Origin: Burkholderiales bacterium
GTDB taxonomy: Bacteria > Pseudomonadota > Gammaproteobacteria > Burkholderiales > Burkholderiaceae_D
DNA length: 64,000 nucleotides
Assembly: GCA_038330335.1 (NCBI GenBank)
Contig: JBBQNW010000001.1
Coordinates: forward strand, 1,255 to 65,254
Direction: 5' to 3'
In this document: positions 29,770-42,021 of the stretch, one piece after another
How positions within the stretch are numbered: the first letter of the stretch is position 1
Layout of the letters: each line of letters starts with the position of its first letter
Program-made: the position numbers and the translations under genes
The notes under the pieces: model-generated
Told to the model about the DNA's origin: nothing
Databases searched by the model: none
What the model saw: the letters and a program-made list of their open reading frames with translations, nothing else

Positions 29770-30900
29770 ATGATGAAACTAGTTGGTCTGGTAGGTTGGC
29801 GTGGAATGGTAGGCTCGGTCCTGATGCAGCGTATGCAGGAGGAGGGTGATTTTGCTCATATCGAACCGGTGTTTTTTACCACTTCCAATGCAGGCGGCAC
29901 GGCTCCTGCAATGGCAAAGAATGAAAAAACATTAAAAGACGCAAATGATATTGAAGCATTGAAAAAATGCGAGATTATTATTACTTGCCAGGGTGGTGAC
30001 TACACGACAGAAATTTTCCCGAAACTGCGAGCGGCTGGCTGGAATGGTTACTGGATCGATGCCGCCTCTAGTTTGCGTATGGATGACGATGCAATCATCG
30101 TGCTCGATCCTGTGAATCTTGATGTGATTAAGTCGGCGTTGAGCCGTGGCGTAAAAAATTACATCGGTGGTAATTGCACAGTCTCTTGCATGTTGATGGG
30201 ATTGGGTGGTTTGTTTCAGCACAATCTGGTGGATTGGGTTTCCTCAATGACGTATCAGGCAGCCTCTGGTGGTGGGGCTCAGCATATGCGTGAACTGCTT
30301 ACCCAGTTCGGCGCAATTCATGCTGAAGTCAAGGCACTGCTGGATAATCCATCCGCTGCGATTTTGGAAATCGATCGCAAGGTATTGGCAAAACAACATG
30401 CATTCACTAGCGAAGACACCAAGCAGTTCGGTGTTCCGTTAGCGGGCAATCTCATTCCCTGGATTGACAAAGACCTGGGTAATGGCGTCTCTAAAGAAGA
30501 ATGGAAGGCCGGCGCAGAAACTAATAAGATATTAGGTCGCGGTGTCGCTTTTGGTAGTCAGGAAATTCCGGTCGATGGCTTATGTGTGCGTGTTGGTGCG
30601 ATGCGTTGTCATTCTCAGGCCCTGACGATTAAGTTGAAAAAGGATGTGCCGCTTGATGAAATCAACGATATCATCGCCAGCAATAATCAATGGGTAAAAG
30701 TGGTACCGAATAATCGTGAGGCATCCATGCGCGACCTGACTCCTGCCGCAGTAACAGGAAATCTTGTTATCCCGGTAGGGCGTCTGCGTAAAATGCAAAT
30801 GGGTGGAGACTACCTGTCTGCATTTACGGTCGGTGATCAGTTGTTGTGGGGCGCTGCTGAACCATTGCGCCGTATGCTGCGTATTTTGATTGCCGATTAG
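29770..30900 (+). CDS. asd: Aspartate-semialdehyde dehydrogenase
   Basis: [17 protein letters not shown] and [11 protein letters not shown] motifs. Confidence 0.98.
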   Translation: MMKLVGLVGWRGMVGSVLMQRMQEEGDFAHIEPVFFTTSNAGGTAPAMAKNEKTLKDANDIEALKKCEIIITCQGGDYTTEIFPKLRAAGWNGYWIDAASSLRMDDDAIIVLDPVNLDVIKSALSRGVKNYIGGNCTVSCMLMGLGGLFQHNLVDWVSSMTYQAASGGGAQHMRELLTQFGAIHAEVKALLDNPSAAILEIDRKVLAKQHAFTSEDTKQFGVPLAGNLIPWIDKDLGNGVSKEEWKAGAETNKILGRGVAFGSQEIPVDGLCVRVGAMRCHSQALTIKLKKDVPLDEINDIIASNNQWVKVVPNNREASMRDLTPAAVTGNLVIPVGRLRKMQMGGDYLSAFTVGDQLLWGAAEPLRRMLRILIAD

Positions 30901-30939
30901 ATTTTATTATTTGTTTGATCTAAAATAAAAAGAAGTAAC

Positions 30940-30965
30940 AAAGGAGTGATTTTTCACTCCTTTTT
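30940..30965 (+). terminator. Intrinsic terminator after asd
   Basis: AAAGGAGTGA-TTTT-TCACTCCTTTTT. Confidence 0.85.
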
Positions 30966-31189
30966 GTTTTTTTAACGTATTTTTATTATTGTATTCTTCA
31001 GTTGTCCAATCACAACAACGATTTATATTCAGTAGGCGCATTTAATTTCTTAATGTATTTACCATGCTTGTAAATGACGTTAAGCTTGCATGGTAGAGTT
31101 TGTAATGTTATCTTGAGACAATAAGATTTTCCCCAGTCGTAATTAATGAACCTGCCATCGCTAACTGTATTCGCCTAAAATTCCAAAAA

Positions 31190-33991
31190 ATGCCCTATAA
31201 AATGCATAACTATAAACGTTTACCAATGAGCTCACTAGGACGCAAGGTGTTAGGCGTTGCTGTCGCTTCTGCGCTATTATTATTGTCTAATGCACATGCG
31301 ACTGGTCTTGGGAAGCTTACCGTACTTTCAGCGTTAGGGCAGCCACTAAGAGCCGAGATTGAACTTACTTCCCCGGATAAAGATGAAATTGCCTCGCTTG
31401 TGCCTAAATTGGCAAGTGCTGAAGCTTTTCGGCAATCGAGCATAGATCTTAATCCGGCATTGCTTTCATTGCGATTTACGGTTGAATCACGTGGTGCAGG
31501 CTATGTTATCCGGGTGAGTTCAACCCAGGCGATGAATGAACCTTTTGTCGATTTATTGCTTGAGATGAATTCAAGTAATGGAAAATTGTTGCGTGAATAC
31601 ACATTTTTACTCGACCCTGCTGAGTTAAGAAGCAGTCAGTCTGCGCAGATTGCCAGCCCGGTCAACGTGGGAACGCCAAGTTCACCCGCGTCGGCGGCTA
31701 CTCAGAGCAGATCTGTCCTTGCTCCGGGTGCTGGTGTCGCAACGCCTCCTCCCGCTCTGCAAAAAAGAGCGCAGGTGAAACCGGCGGAAACCAGTAGAGA
31801 CATCAAGGACATCAAATCATCCGGCACATACCAGGTGAAGCCTGGGGATACTCTTAGTAAGATTGCAGACCAGCAAAAAGGAGAGGGCATCTCATTAGAT
31901 CAAATGTTAGTGAGCATGTATAAAGCCAATCCTCAGGCTTTTTCTGGTGAAAATATGAATCGGCTTAAATCCGGGCAAATTTTATCAATCCCGAATGCCG
32001 ATGCCAGTCGCACGAATACCGCTGTAGATGCGCACTCAATGGTGATGGCGCATGCTGCTGATTTTGCGTCTTACAGAAATAAATTGGCTGGACAAGTTGC
32101 CGAGGCTCCAGCACAAAAATCTGCTTTGAGCAAACAAGCTGCGAGTGGTGCCATTACCGCGAAAGTCAAAGAGGTTCCAACTGCGACCAATGAGGCACTG
32201 GACAAATTGAAGTTGTCGAAAGCAACTGCGAACACTTCAAACAAACCAGGAGTTGGTCAGGTATTAGTTGAAGAAGATAAACTTGCAAAAGATAAAGCGG
32301 TTGCTGATGCAAACGCCCGGGTGAAAGAACTGGAAAAAAATGTTGGCGATTTGCAGAAAATTCTTGAGATAAAAAATAAGGATTTGGCTGAAAAACAAAT
32401 TGCCGCCTCGGCCGTTGCCGCGCCTGTTGCCGCGCCTGTTGCCGCATCTGCACCCTCAGTGGCGGCTGCTTCGGTAACTGACACAAGTAAGTCCGCATCC
32501 TCAAGTATGCCGGCAGTTGCCGCTTCCTCGGGTTCTGTGACCAGCGCTCCGGCAAAACGCAAAATAGCTCCTCCGCCCCCTCCACCTGAGTCTAGTTGGT
32601 ATGACGGTTTAAGTGATTTTTTATGGCCAGGCGCAGCAGCCCTGGCGCTGTTAGGTGGCTACGGTTTATTTGCCAGTCGTCGCAAGAAAAAAACACAACA
32701 ATTTGATGATAGTGTTCTGACCGGTTCCAGTATGAAAGCGAACTCTATGTTCGGTTCGACTGGTGGGCAAAGCGTAGATACCAATAATAGTGTCTTTAAT
32801 TCAAATTTTGCTCCATCCGCTAGTCAATTGGATGCAAACGAAGTTGATCCTGTTGCAGAGGCGGATGTTTATATCGCCTACGGTAGAGATTCTCAAGCGG
32901 AAGAAATTCTGAAAGAAGCATTGCGTACCCAGCCGGACCGGCATGCAGTTCGGGTAAAGTTACTGGAAATTTATTTTAACCGTAAAGACCCAAGGTCATT
33001 TGAACGCTTGGCCAGTGAGTTATATGGGATGACCGGTGGCGAAGGTGAGGACTGGACCCGTGCGGCATCGATGGGCGTTACGCTTGAGCCAACTAACCCG
33101 CTGTATGCAGGTGGAAAAGCCCAAACGGATATCATGTCTGCAAGTTCTGGATTAGGTCTCGCAACGCAGCCAATGCAAGACCTTGATCCGGAGGCGTTGC
33201 TAGGTAATTCCTTGTCGCAAGATATGCTTGATTCGATTAGTATTATTGATACAGCCTCGGGGTTAACAGATAATGCGCCGCATTCTGGCGCTGGTATGGT
33301 AGATAGCAACGATGCGGAAGTCAATTCTGCTATGGATATTGGTGCGCTCGATTTTGATTTGGATATTCCAGGAACTACTTCGTTCAACGAAGATGTAGTG
33401 CCTACTCTGCCCGATGAGCAGGCAATACCTGTGAGTAGCACTCAGGAAGTGCCGGCGGAAAATCCGCCGCTTGATTTTGGCTTGATTGATTTTGATCTGG
33501 GTTCAGATAACGATGTTTCCATCGCTGATGACGAGCAATCGAAAGCGTCAGTCAACGATTTTGAGTTAGATTTAACTTCATCAAATAGCTTGGCCGGACC
33601 TGATTCTGATATTCTGGCTTTTGAAGCAGATTCGGTGCCGAGTATTGCTGATGTGCCTGCTTTGATCGACACCAGTATTGAATTTGATTCTGCAATCGCA
33701 TCTTCCGATGCTGATGAGGTATCACAGATTGTTCCTTCGGCTTTTGAGTTTGATTTATCGGGAATTGATCTTGATCTTGGATCGGAAGAGCATAAACCGG
33801 ATCTTTCGACTACAGGTGAGGAAGTTGCTGCATCTTACAATGCTGAGATGGCAACCAAACTTGATCTGGCGGTCGCTTATCAGGAGATTGGTGACAAAGA
33901 GGGTGCTCGTGAATTGTTAGACGAGGTATTAAAAGGTGGAACACCAGATCAGATTGAAAAAGCACAAAATATGCTGGCGCAGCTGATTTGA
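31190..33991 (+). CDS. fimV: FimV/HubP polar landmark protein
   Basis: GLGKLTVLSALGQPLRAEI, LysM-like YQVKPGDTLSKIA, one TM helix, EVDPVAEADVYIAYGR and C-terminal TKLDLAVAYQEIGD..GARELL. Confidence 0.93.
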   Translation: MPYKMHNYKRLPMSSLGRKVLGVAVASALLLLSNAHATGLGKLTVLSALGQPLRAEIELTSPDKDEIASLVPKLASAEAFRQSSIDLNPALLSLRFTVESRGAGYVIRVSSTQAMNEPFVDLLLEMNSSNGKLLREYTFLLDPAELRSSQSAQIASPVNVGTPSSPASAATQSRSVLAPGAGVATPPPALQKRAQVKPAETSRDIKDIKSSGTYQVKPGDTLSKIADQQKGEGISLDQMLVSMYKANPQAFSGENMNRLKSGQILSIPNADASRTNTAVDAHSMVMAHAADFASYRNKLAGQVAEAPAQKSALSKQAASGAITAKVKEVPTATNEALDKLKLSKATANTSNKPGVGQVLVEEDKLAKDKAVADANARVKELEKNVGDLQKILEIKNKDLAEKQIAASAVAAPVAAPVAASAPSVAAASVTDTSKSASSSMPAVAASSGSVTSAPAKRKIAPPPPPPESSWYDGLSDFLWPGAAALALLGGYGLFASRRKKKTQQFDDSVLTGSSMKANSMFGSTGGQSVDTNNSVFNSNFAPSASQLDANEVDPVAEADVYIAYGRDSQAEEILKEALRTQPDRHAVRVKLLEIYFNRKDPRSFERLASELYGMTGGEGEDWTRAASMGVTLEPTNPLYAGGKAQTDIMSASSGLGLATQPMQDLDPEALLGNSLSQDMLDSISIIDTASGLTDNAPHSGAGMVDSNDAEVNSAMDIGALDFDLDIPGTTSFNEDVVPTLPDEQAIPVSSTQEVPAENPPLDFGLIDFDLGSDNDVSIADDEQSKASVNDFELDLTSSNSLAGPDSDILAFEADSVPSIADVPALIDTSIEFDSAIASSDADEVSQIVPSAFEFDLSGIDLDLGSEEHKPDLSTTGEEVAASYNAEMATKLDLAVAYQEIGDKEGARELLDEVLKGGTPDQIEKAQNMLAQLI

Positions 33992-34006
33992 TTTAGGAAT
34001 GTAATG

Positions 34007-34047
34007 AAAAGCGGGCGCAGCGATTTGCTAGCGCCCGTTTTGTTTTT
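34007..34047 (+). terminator. Intrinsic terminator after fimV
   Basis: AAAAGCGGGCGC...GCGCCCGTTTTGTTTTTT. Confidence 0.75.
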
Positions 34048-34067
34048 TGACTATGATAAATGCAAAG

Positions 34068-34898
34068 ATGGAAATGAAACGTCTCGTACTTGGTGTGCAA
34101 TACGATGGTAGTTGCTGGCATGGATGGCAAACTCAGCCAAATGGAAAAACGGTTCAGGATGTACTTGAAACGGCACTCGGCTTATTTGCTAAATTTCCGA
34201 TTGCTACCGTATGTGCCGGACGCACTGACGCTGGAGTTCATGCATTAGAGCAGATTGTTCATTTCGATACGCATCTGGATCGGGCTATGCACTCGTGGAT
34301 AAGCGGCGTTAATGCATTTTTACCCGCGTCGATTGTTATTCGCTGGATAAAAGAGATTGAATTCTCAGATCCAAGTGCCCAGGATAATTTTCATGCCCGC
34401 TTTAGCGCTTATGCTCGTACCTATCAGTATATTCTCTACAATAACCCCATTCGCTCGCCTATGTGGGCGCAACGGGCGGGTTGGGTATTTCGTCCGCTGG
34501 ATATAGGCAGAATGCGGCAAGCTGCCATGCATTTAATCGGGGAGCACGACTTTACGACATTTCGGGCAGCCTCCTGCCAAGCCAAGTCTCCGGTTAAGCA
34601 CATGTATGACATTCAAATCCGGCAACAAGGTGAGTTAATCGTGTTTACTTTGCGCTCAAATGCCTTTTTGCATCATATGGTTCGTAATATTGTTGGCGCG
34701 TTTATATTTGTTGGAAATGGGAAAAAAGAACCGGAATGGATGGCTTCTATTCTGGCAAGCCGAGATCGAAGTTTGTCAGCGCCCACTTTTATGCCGGATG
34801 GACTGTATCTGGCAAAAGTTGAATACGACAAAAAATGGGATTTACCTCAAACTAAGTTACAGGGGATGGGTGAACTTTCGTTACACATTGATCTTTAA
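34068..34898 (+). CDS. truA: tRNA pseudouridine(38-40) synthase
   Basis: YDGS..GWQTQ, AGRTDAGVHA, FHARFSA and NAFLHHMVRNIVG motifs. Confidence 0.97.
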   Translation: MEMKRLVLGVQYDGSCWHGWQTQPNGKTVQDVLETALGLFAKFPIATVCAGRTDAGVHALEQIVHFDTHLDRAMHSWISGVNAFLPASIVIRWIKEIEFSDPSAQDNFHARFSAYARTYQYILYNNPIRSPMWAQRAGWVFRPLDIGRMRQAAMHLIGEHDFTTFRAASCQAKSPVKHMYDIQIRQQGELIVFTLRSNAFLHHMVRNIVGAFIFVGNGKKEPEWMASILASRDRSLSAPTFMPDGLYLAKVEYDKKWDLPQTKLQGMGELSLHIDL

Positions 34899-35125
34899 GG
34901 TTTTCTGACGAGTTCTTTTTGGCATGAGGTTTTCTATTTACTTATATTTTTAGCGAACAATTAAACCGTGGACATGGGCGCTTATAGTTGTTCCGCATGA
35001 AATATCGGTGATTCACTCTGAAATCCGGTAAAATGGAGGCCTGTTTAATCCAAATTTGAGGCGCTCGCCTGGGATTTTTTCCCGGCCAAGGGCGCCTTTT
35101 TTGTCATCGGTTTTTTGCCCCTCTA

Positions 35126-36919
35126 ATGAACAACATACGTAATTTTTCGATCATTGCCCATATTGACCACGGCAAATCAACACTGGCAGACCGCATTATC
35201 CAGTTATGTGGCGGCTTGTCAGACCGCGAAATGGAAGCGCAAGTGCTTGATTCTATGGATATCGAGCGTGAGCGCGGTATTACCATCAAGGCACAAACTG
35301 CTGCCTTAAGCTACAAGTCCCGCGACGGCCAGATTTATAATCTTAATCTGATTGATACTCCAGGGCATGTCGATTTTAGCTATGAGGTTAGCCGCTCTCT
35401 ATCTGCATGTGAAGGGGCACTGCTGGTCGTTGATGCATCACAAGGTGTGGAAGCTCAGACAGTAGCGAACTGCTATACGGCAATTGAGTTGGGTGTGGAA
35501 GTCGTCCCGGTATTAAATAAAATCGATTTGCCGTCAGCGGATCCTGAGAACGCTATTCAGGAAATTGAAGAAGTCATCGGCATTGATGCCAGCGATGCAG
35601 TTCATTGCTCTGCAAAAACCGGACTTGGCGTGCAGGATGTACTGGAATCTTTGATCGTTAAAGTGCCTCCGCCAAAGGGTGATCCAGACGCGCCATTGCA
35701 GGCCTTGATCGTTGATTCCTGGTTTGATAATTATGTTGGCGTGGTCATGCTGGTGCGTATTGTGAATGGTACGTTGCGCCCCAAAGACAAAATCTTATTT
35801 ATGGCAACTGATGCGCAGCACTTGGTTGAAAGTGTCGGCGTATTTACCCCAAAGTCTGTCTCCAGAAGTTCGCTGTCGGCGGGGCAGGTTGGCTTTATTA
35901 TTGCAGGCATCAAAGAATTAAAGTCCGCCAAGGTCGGTGATACGATTACCAGTGCAGTGAAGCCTGCCTTAACCTCATTACCAGGTTTTAAAGAGGTTCA
36001 GCCACAAGTTTTTGCCGGCTTGTTTCCGGTTGAGGCTAACCAATACGATTCTCTGCGCGACTCCCTTGAGAAGTTAAAGCTCAATGATGCGGCATTGATG
36101 TATGAGCCTGAGGTTTCGCAGGCATTAGGGTTCGGCTTCAGGTGCGGCTTCCTTGGCTTGCTACATATGGAAATCGTCCAGGAGCGTCTGGAGCGCGAAT
36201 TCGATATGGATTTGATTACTACGGCGCCAACCGTCGTGTACGAGGTGGTCATGGCGGATGGCAGCATTATTTTGGTGGATAATCCATCGAAAATGCCGGA
36301 TCCTTCGAAGATACAAGAAATTCGCGAACCAATTGTCACGGTCAATTTGTATATGCCGCAAGAATATGTCGGGTCTGTCATTACCCTGTGTACTTCTAAG
36401 CGCGGAGTTCAGTTAGATATGAATTATCATGGCCGGCAAGTTAAATTGACTTATGAAATGCCTATGGCTGAAATTGTGCTGGATTTCTTTGACAGGCTAA
36501 AGTCGACTTCGCGTGGATATGCGTCGATGGATTATGAGTTCAAAGAATATCGTTCTGCTGATGTGGTCAAGGTCGATATATTGATCAATAGCGAGAAAGT
36601 CGATGCACTGGCGATTATTGTTCACCGTTCTAACAGTCATTATCGTGGACGTGCGGTGGCCGCCAAAATGCGCGAACTCATCCCTCGTCAGATGTTTGAT
36701 GTGGCAATTCAGGCGGCTATTGGCGCAAATATCATTTCTCGCGAGAATGTGAAAGCCTTACGAAAAAACGTTTTGGCTAAATGTTACGGTGGTGACATTA
36801 GTCGTAAGCGCAAGTTATTAGAGAAGCAAAAAGCGGGTAAGAAACGAATGAAACAAGTTGGCTCAGTTGAAATACCGCAAGAGGCATTTTTGGCAATTTT
36901 ACAAGTGGACGATAAATGA
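35126..36919 (+). CDS. lepA: Translation elongation factor 4
   Basis: [25 protein letters not shown] and [10 protein letters not shown] motifs. Confidence 0.98.
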   Translation: MNNIRNFSIIAHIDHGKSTLADRIIQLCGGLSDREMEAQVLDSMDIERERGITIKAQTAALSYKSRDGQIYNLNLIDTPGHVDFSYEVSRSLSACEGALLVVDASQGVEAQTVANCYTAIELGVEVVPVLNKIDLPSADPENAIQEIEEVIGIDASDAVHCSAKTGLGVQDVLESLIVKVPPPKGDPDAPLQALIVDSWFDNYVGVVMLVRIVNGTLRPKDKILFMATDAQHLVESVGVFTPKSVSRSSLSAGQVGFIIAGIKELKSAKVGDTITSAVKPALTSLPGFKEVQPQVFAGLFPVEANQYDSLRDSLEKLKLNDAALMYEPEVSQALGFGFRCGFLGLLHMEIVQERLEREFDMDLITTAPTVVYEVVMADGSIILVDNPSKMPDPSKIQEIREPIVTVNLYMPQEYVGSVITLCTSKRGVQLDMNYHGRQVKLTYEMPMAEIVLDFFDRLKSTSRGYASMDYEFKEYRSADVVKVDILINSEKVDALAIIVHRSNSHYRGRAVAAKMRELIPRQMFDVAIQAAIGANIISRENVKALRKNVLAKCYGGDISRKRKLLEKQKAGKKRMKQVGSVEIPQEAFLAILQVDDK

Positions 36920-37824
36920 ATTTTCAATCAATTTTAGGGAATTTTGCTTTAATTCTGTTTGTTTTGACGATGGTTACCGGTGTAATCTGGTTTCTGGATA
37001 TGTTTTTTTGGAGTAAGCAACGACGAATTACTGCAGATAAGGCCTTACGTGATTTTGATGAGCGCAATACCAAATTAACCGCTGAAGGGATTCGTTTGCA
37101 AGAAGGCGGACGTGTCGAGCTGGAAGCCAACTTGTTGAAGCAACCGGCCTGGATAGAGTATTCCGGTAGTTTTTTTCCAGTGATTGCTCTGGTTTTTTTT
37201 CTGAGATCATTTTTATATGAGCCATTTAAAATTCCGTCGAGTTCAATGCTCCCGACATTATTTGTCGGTGATTTAATCTTGGTGAATAAATTTACTTACG
37301 GAATAAGATTACCCATTATTAATAAAAAAATAATCGCCATAAATAATCCGCAACGCGGCGATGTCATGGTGTTCAAATATCCTAAAAATCCGAGTTTGGA
37401 TTACATTAAACGCGTCGTTGGTGTTCCGGGAGATAAAATCACTTATAGAAATAAGCGATTGTCGGTGAATGGTAAGGATATCTCCTACGAGGTCTTGCCG
37501 GATTTTTTGGATGATGAACGCTTAAGTTACTCCAGCCAATACAAAGAGAATTTAACCGGTACAAAGCATAGAATACTCAATGATGTACAAATGCCGGCTT
37601 TTGTAAGAAATCCAGATCAGTTCCCTTATCGGGAATTATGTAGTTACGATGAATCCGGATTCTCATGTACCGTGCCTGAGGCTCAGTATTTTATGATGGG
37701 AGACAACCGCGATAACAGTCTGGACAGTCGTTATTGGGGCTTCGTTCCTGATGAGAATATTGTTGGTAAAGCCTTCTTTATTTGGATGAACTTTAGCAAT
37801 CCTAAACGTATCGGTGGTTTTTAA
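36916..37824 (+). CDS. lepB: Signal peptidase I
   Basis: [17 protein letters not shown] and [12 protein letters not shown] motifs. Confidence 0.97.
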   Translation: MNFQSILGNFALILFVLTMVTGVIWFLDMFFWSKQRRITADKALRDFDERNTKLTAEGIRLQEGGRVELEANLLKQPAWIEYSGSFFPVIALVFFLRSFLYEPFKIPSSSMLPTLFVGDLILVNKFTYGIRLPIINKKIIAINNPQRGDVMVFKYPKNPSLDYIKRVVGVPGDKITYRNKRLSVNGKDISYEVLPDFLDDERLSYSSQYKENLTGTKHRILNDVQMPAFVRNPDQFPYRELCSYDESGFSCTVPEAQYFMMGDNRDNSLDSRYWGFVPDENIVGKAFFIWMNFSNPKRIGGF

Positions 37825-37846
37825 TCATTAATTGGAACGAATAAAC

Positions 37847-38242
37847 ATGCAAAATAGTAATAATTACGCACTTCGCCGGCAGCGCGGTATATCGCTGACG
37901 GGCTTGATATTGACGTTAGGCGTTTTGGTATTTATCGCAATGTTGGCAGCGAAAGTAGTACCGACTGTCATCGAGTTTATGTCGATAAAAAAAGCCATGC
38001 AAACGGCGAAACAGTCAGGAACTACTGTCCGGGAAATACAAATGTCGTTTGATAAACAAAAAGAGGCGGGATATTTTGATGCCATCTCCGGTCGTGATTT
38101 ATCTATCGTTAAAAATGGTGCAGACATTGAGGTGAGTTTTGCCTACACTAAAAAAATTCCTTTGTTCGGACCCGCCAGTTTATTATTTGAGTACACTGAT
38201 ACCACGGCAAAGAGTGGCGCTGCCACTAAAAAGCAGGATTAA
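37847..38242 (+). CDS. DUF4845-type pilin-like protein
   Basis: RQRGISL plus hydrophobic helix; usual position between lepB and rnc. Confidence 0.8.
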   Translation: MQNSNNYALRRQRGISLTGLILTLGVLVFIAMLAAKVVPTVIEFMSIKKAMQTAKQSGTTVREIQMSFDKQKEAGYFDAISGRDLSIVKNGADIEVSFAYTKKIPLFGPASLLFEYTDTTAKSGAATKKQD

Positions 38243-38251
38243 ACATATTTT

Positions 38252-39127
38252 ATGAATCAACAATTGCTGCAAAAAAGACTAGGTTATCAGTTCAAAAATC
38301 CTGCTTTACTACAGCAGGCTTTGACACATCGCAGCCATAGTGTTTTGCATAATGAACGTTTAGAGTTTCTGGGCGATTCTATTTTAAATTGTGTGATTGC
38401 CTCCCTGTTGTTCGATAGTTTTGCGGATATAGATGAAGGTGATCTCTCTCGTGTGCGGGCAAATTTGGTGAAGCAGCAATCTTTGTATGAAGTTGCACAG
38501 CGCATAGAGTTGTCACAGTTTTTGCGACTGGGAGAGGGGGAGTTAAAGTCCGGTGGTTTTCGCCGCCCCTCAATTTTGGCTGATACTTTAGAGGCTTTGT
38601 TCGGAGCAATTTTTCTCGATGCGGGGTTCGATGCAGCGCGAGATGTTATTAAATTCTTATATGCACCGGTCTTGGTGTCGGTTGATCCTACGACTTTGGG
38701 CAAGGACGCAAAAACGCTTTTGCAGGAATTTTTACAGAGTAAAAAAATCGCTCTCCCTCAATATAACGTTGTCGCCACTCATGGTGCAGCACACAGTCAA
38801 GAGTTCGAAATTGAGTGCCTGGTTCCCAAGCTGGAAATCCAGGTATTTGGCGCCGGTGGTAGTCGTCGTGCAGGTGAGCAGGCGGCCGCGAAGTTGGCGT
38901 TAGAAACGGCGTTAGCGCTGCTATCGAAGACTCCTGCCGCACGTAAAAAAAGTAAACCACGGACTTCGCAATTGAAATTGGCTGGAATTGCCACGGTGCA
39001 AACTGACATAGCAGATGCTAGTCCATTAAAAAGTGCCACTGAAAACAAATCTTCGTTTGACTTGATGAACAGTCAAACCATCCCAGAAATAGCAACGCAG
39101 CATAAACCTTATCCCAAAACAGTATGA
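38252..39127 (+). CDS. rnc: Ribonuclease III
   Basis: [15 protein letters not shown] and ds[12 protein letters not shown]; about 65-aa C-terminal extension. Confidence 0.97.
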   Translation: MNQQLLQKRLGYQFKNPALLQQALTHRSHSVLHNERLEFLGDSILNCVIASLLFDSFADIDEGDLSRVRANLVKQQSLYEVAQRIELSQFLRLGEGELKSGGFRRPSILADTLEALFGAIFLDAGFDAARDVIKFLYAPVLVSVDPTTLGKDAKTLLQEFLQSKKIALPQYNVVATHGAAHSQEFEIECLVPKLEIQVFGAGGSRRAGEQAAAKLALETALALLSKTPAARKKSKPRTSQLKLAGIATVQTDIADASPLKSATENKSSFDLMNSQTIPEIATQHKPYPKTV

Positions 39128-40026
39128 CAGACTTATTAGATAACCCTGATTTTCGATGTGGTTACATCGCTATTGTTGGCCGTCCTAACGTTGGTAAATC
39201 GACGTTAATGAATGCACTGATTGGAGCAAAGGTAAGTATCACTTCAAGGAAGGCTCAAACAACACGGCATCGTATTACCGGAATTCAAACCAAAGACGAG
39301 ACGCAATATATTTATGTTGATACGCCTGGTTTTCAGACGCGCCATGCCAATCCTTTAAATCGCACCTTAAATCGCACTGTGACCAACACGCTTACTGCGT
39401 CAGATGTCATTTTGTTTATTATCGAGGCGGGTACTTTCGGTCCGGCGGATCAACAGGTTGTTGATTTATTGCCGAAAAATGTGCCGTGTATTTTGGTGAT
39501 TAACAAGTCTGACCGGGTCAAGGACAAGGCTGTGATGATGCCATTTGCGCAAAAAATCATGGCATTATTTCCTTTTGCTGCGGTGGTTCCCGTTTCTGCG
39601 ACTTTGGGATTTCAGCTAGAGAATCTCGAGGGTGAGACAAAGAAATATCTCCCATTCAATCCCCCGGTCTTTGGCGCCGATGATATCACTGACCGCAGCG
39701 AGAAATTTTTAGCAACTGAGATCGTACGTGAAAAATTATTTCGTTTTGTCGGCGATGAACTTCCTTATACCAGCACGGTATTGATCGAAAAATTTGAGCA
39801 AGAAGGAAATTTACGGCGGATATTCGTCGCAATTTTAGTCGAGCGTGATGGCCATAAATCTATGGTGATTGGAAATAAAGGCGCGCGCCTTAAGGATATT
39901 TCCACACAATCCCGCCAGGATATGGAAAAGTTATTCGGTGGGCCGGTGTATCTGGAAATATGGATAAAGGTAAAGTCTGGATGGGCCGATAACGAAGCTG
40001 GTTTACGTGCTTACGGTTACGAATAG
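39124..40026 (+). CDS. era: GTPase Era
   Basis: [23 protein letters not shown] and KH domain VIGNKG. Confidence 0.98.
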   Translation: MTDLLDNPDFRCGYIAIVGRPNVGKSTLMNALIGAKVSITSRKAQTTRHRITGIQTKDETQYIYVDTPGFQTRHANPLNRTLNRTVTNTLTASDVILFIIEAGTFGPADQQVVDLLPKNVPCILVINKSDRVKDKAVMMPFAQKIMALFPFAAVVPVSATLGFQLENLEGETKKYLPFNPPVFGADDITDRSEKFLATEIVREKLFRFVGDELPYTSTVLIEKFEQEGNLRRIFVAILVERDGHKSMVIGNKGARLKDISTQSRQDMEKLFGGPVYLEIWIKVKSGWADNEAGLRAYGYE

Positions 40027-40036
40027 TTTAAAACCA

Positions 40037-40867
40037 ATGGCGGCGCAGCAACTTGACCGGGCTACTGCTCTGCCACAACCCTTAATAGAAACAGCTAATC
40101 CTGTGGCAATTGTTGCTGCGCCTCGTGCTCGGATAGACAGGAAGGCACCGTCTAAAGATAGTCGCATCAATAGCCAGCCTGGTTTTGTACTTCATTCCTA
40201 TCCGTATAAGGAAACCAGTTTAATTGTTGATGTTTTTAGCCGGGATTATGGTCGGGTTGCATTAGTCGCCAAGGGGGCAAAACGTCCGCACTCTCAATTA
40301 CGCAATGTGTTGCAGACCTTGCAGCCGCTAAGTATGGGCTGGAGCGGAAAATCTGAAATACGTACGCTTATTTCTGCTGAGTGGGTAGGAGGAATGCTTC
40401 CGGTAGAAAAGTCTGCGTTGTTGTGTGGATTTTATTTGAATGAGTTGCTGGTAAAATTTCTCGTCCGCGACCAGCCACATCCTGTTTTATTCAATCAATA
40501 TGTGTCGACGCTCATCGAGCTTGCGCATAACGAGCCTGCGGCCATCGTTCTCAGGAAATTTGAGTTAGTATTATTGCGCGAGTCCGGTCTCATAGGTGAC
40601 CTCACCTACTGTACTGTTGTCAGGGAAAAGGTCGTGCCTGGGGCTTACTATGTCATTGATCCGGACACTGGAACGAGACCGGCACTGGTGTCGGATAAAT
40701 CCCCTAAGGTATCCGGAAAAACCTTATTGGACATGCATAATGACGATTACCTTGATCCGGCGACCCAGTTGCAAAGCAAGATGTTAATGCGCTTTTTGCT
40801 GACACACCATCTGCATGGTACTCCTCTCAACACAAGACAAATTCTGATAGATTTGCATAAGCTATGA
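40037..40867 (+). CDS. recO: DNA repair protein RecO
   Basis: [22 protein letters not shown] and CGFYLNELL motifs. Confidence 0.95.
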   Translation: MAAQQLDRATALPQPLIETANPVAIVAAPRARIDRKAPSKDSRINSQPGFVLHSYPYKETSLIVDVFSRDYGRVALVAKGAKRPHSQLRNVLQTLQPLSMGWSGKSEIRTLISAEWVGGMLPVEKSALLCGFYLNELLVKFLVRDQPHPVLFNQYVSTLIELAHNEPAAIVLRKFELVLLRESGLIGDLTYCTVVREKVVPGAYYVIDPDTGTRPALVSDKSPKVSGKTLLDMHNDDYLDPATQLQSKMLMRFLLTHHLHGTPLNTRQILIDLHKL

Positions 40868-41622
40868 ACATACATCAACAAACTCAATTGATTGACTTGG
40901 GTATTAATATTGATCATGTCGCCACATTGCGAAACGCCCGTGGCACCAGTTATCCCGATCCGTTGCAAGCGGCATTGATGGCGGAGGAAGCTGGGGCGGA
41001 TTGCATTACACTGCATCTGCGCGAAGATCGCCGGCACATCAAAGATGCTGACGTGGAACGGATTCGCCCTCAATTAGTGACCAGAATGAATCTGGAAGCC
41101 GCAATTACTTCGGAAATGCTGGAATTTGCTTGTCATATCAAGCCACAGGATGTTTGTCTGGTGCCTGAGCGTCGCGCAGAGGTTACGACCGAAGGTGGGC
41201 TTGATGTGGTTCGATATTTTTCTCAGGTTCAGTCCGCTGTAAAGCAATTGAGCGCAGAGGGAATCCGGGTGAGTTTATTTATTGATGCCGCGCATGATCA
41301 GATTCAGGCAGCCAGTGAGGCTGGCGCCACGGTGGTCGAACTTCATACCGGGCGCTATGCCGATGCTGTAGATGCCAGGGCTCAGGAAATCGAGTTGTTG
41401 CGCGTGCAGGATGGTGTTCTGGCGGCCATAAAACGAGGTCTTAAGGTGAATGCCGGACATGGTTTGCATTATACGAACGTGCAAGCGATTGCTGCAATTC
41501 GAGAGATTTCTGAACTCAATATCGGTCATGCCGTTGTTGCCCAGGCTATTTTTGTCGGTTGGAAAAAGGCCGTGAGCGATATGAAAGCGATCATGGTGCA
41601 GGCAAGGTTAGCGGCCAAATGA
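40864..41622 (+). CDS. pdxJ: Pyridoxine 5'-phosphate synthase
   Basis: [27 protein letters not shown] and ELNIGH motifs. Confidence 0.98.
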   Translation: MNIHQQTQLIDLGINIDHVATLRNARGTSYPDPLQAALMAEEAGADCITLHLREDRRHIKDADVERIRPQLVTRMNLEAAITSEMLEFACHIKPQDVCLVPERRAEVTTEGGLDVVRYFSQVQSAVKQLSAEGIRVSLFIDAAHDQIQAASEAGATVVELHTGRYADAVDARAQEIELLRVQDGVLAAIKRGLKVNAGHGLHYTNVQAIAAIREISELNIGHAVVAQAIFVGWKKAVSDMKAIMVQARLAAK

Positions 41623-42020
41623 TTTTCGGCATTGGTACCGATATTGTTCAGATTGCGCGGATTGAGGCAGCGTTAGTGCGTAGCGGAGATCGGTTTGCTG
41701 AAAAGATACTTGGTATCGATGAGTTAGGTGTCTACCATGCCCGCAAGACCAAAGTAGACGCGCGCGGTCTGCGCTTTCTGGCGACCAGGTTTGCCGCTAA
41801 AGAAGCATTGTCCAAGGCATTAGGTTTGGGTATGCGAGATCCAATGAGCTGGCGCTCGGTTCAAACCTTAAATAATGCGGACGGTATGCCATTCATGATC
41901 GCAAGTGGTCGCTTATTTGATTGGATGGAGGCGCAAGGTTTAAGTGCACGCGTGACGGTTTCTGATGAAATGGATTATGCGCTTGCCTTCGTTATTGTTG
42001 AACAACGTTCAATTATTTGA
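41619..42020 (+). CDS. acpS: Holo-ACP synthase
   Basis: [10 protein letters not shown] and RFAAKEA..KALG motifs. Confidence 0.95.
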   Translation: MIFGIGTDIVQIARIEAALVRSGDRFAEKILGIDELGVYHARKTKVDARGLRFLATRFAAKEALSKALGLGMRDPMSWRSVQTLNNADGMPFMIASGRLFDWMEAQGLSARVTVSDEMDYALAFVIVEQRSII

Positions 42021-42021
42021 C

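Noticed and set aside
32408-32450. 12-bp in-frame repeat (APVA) in fimV
   Set aside because: An ordinary low-complexity linker for FimV.
38930-39127. C-terminal extension of RNase III
   Set aside because: Variable tails are, to my recollection, common in Burkholderiales Rnc; no distinct domain is visible.
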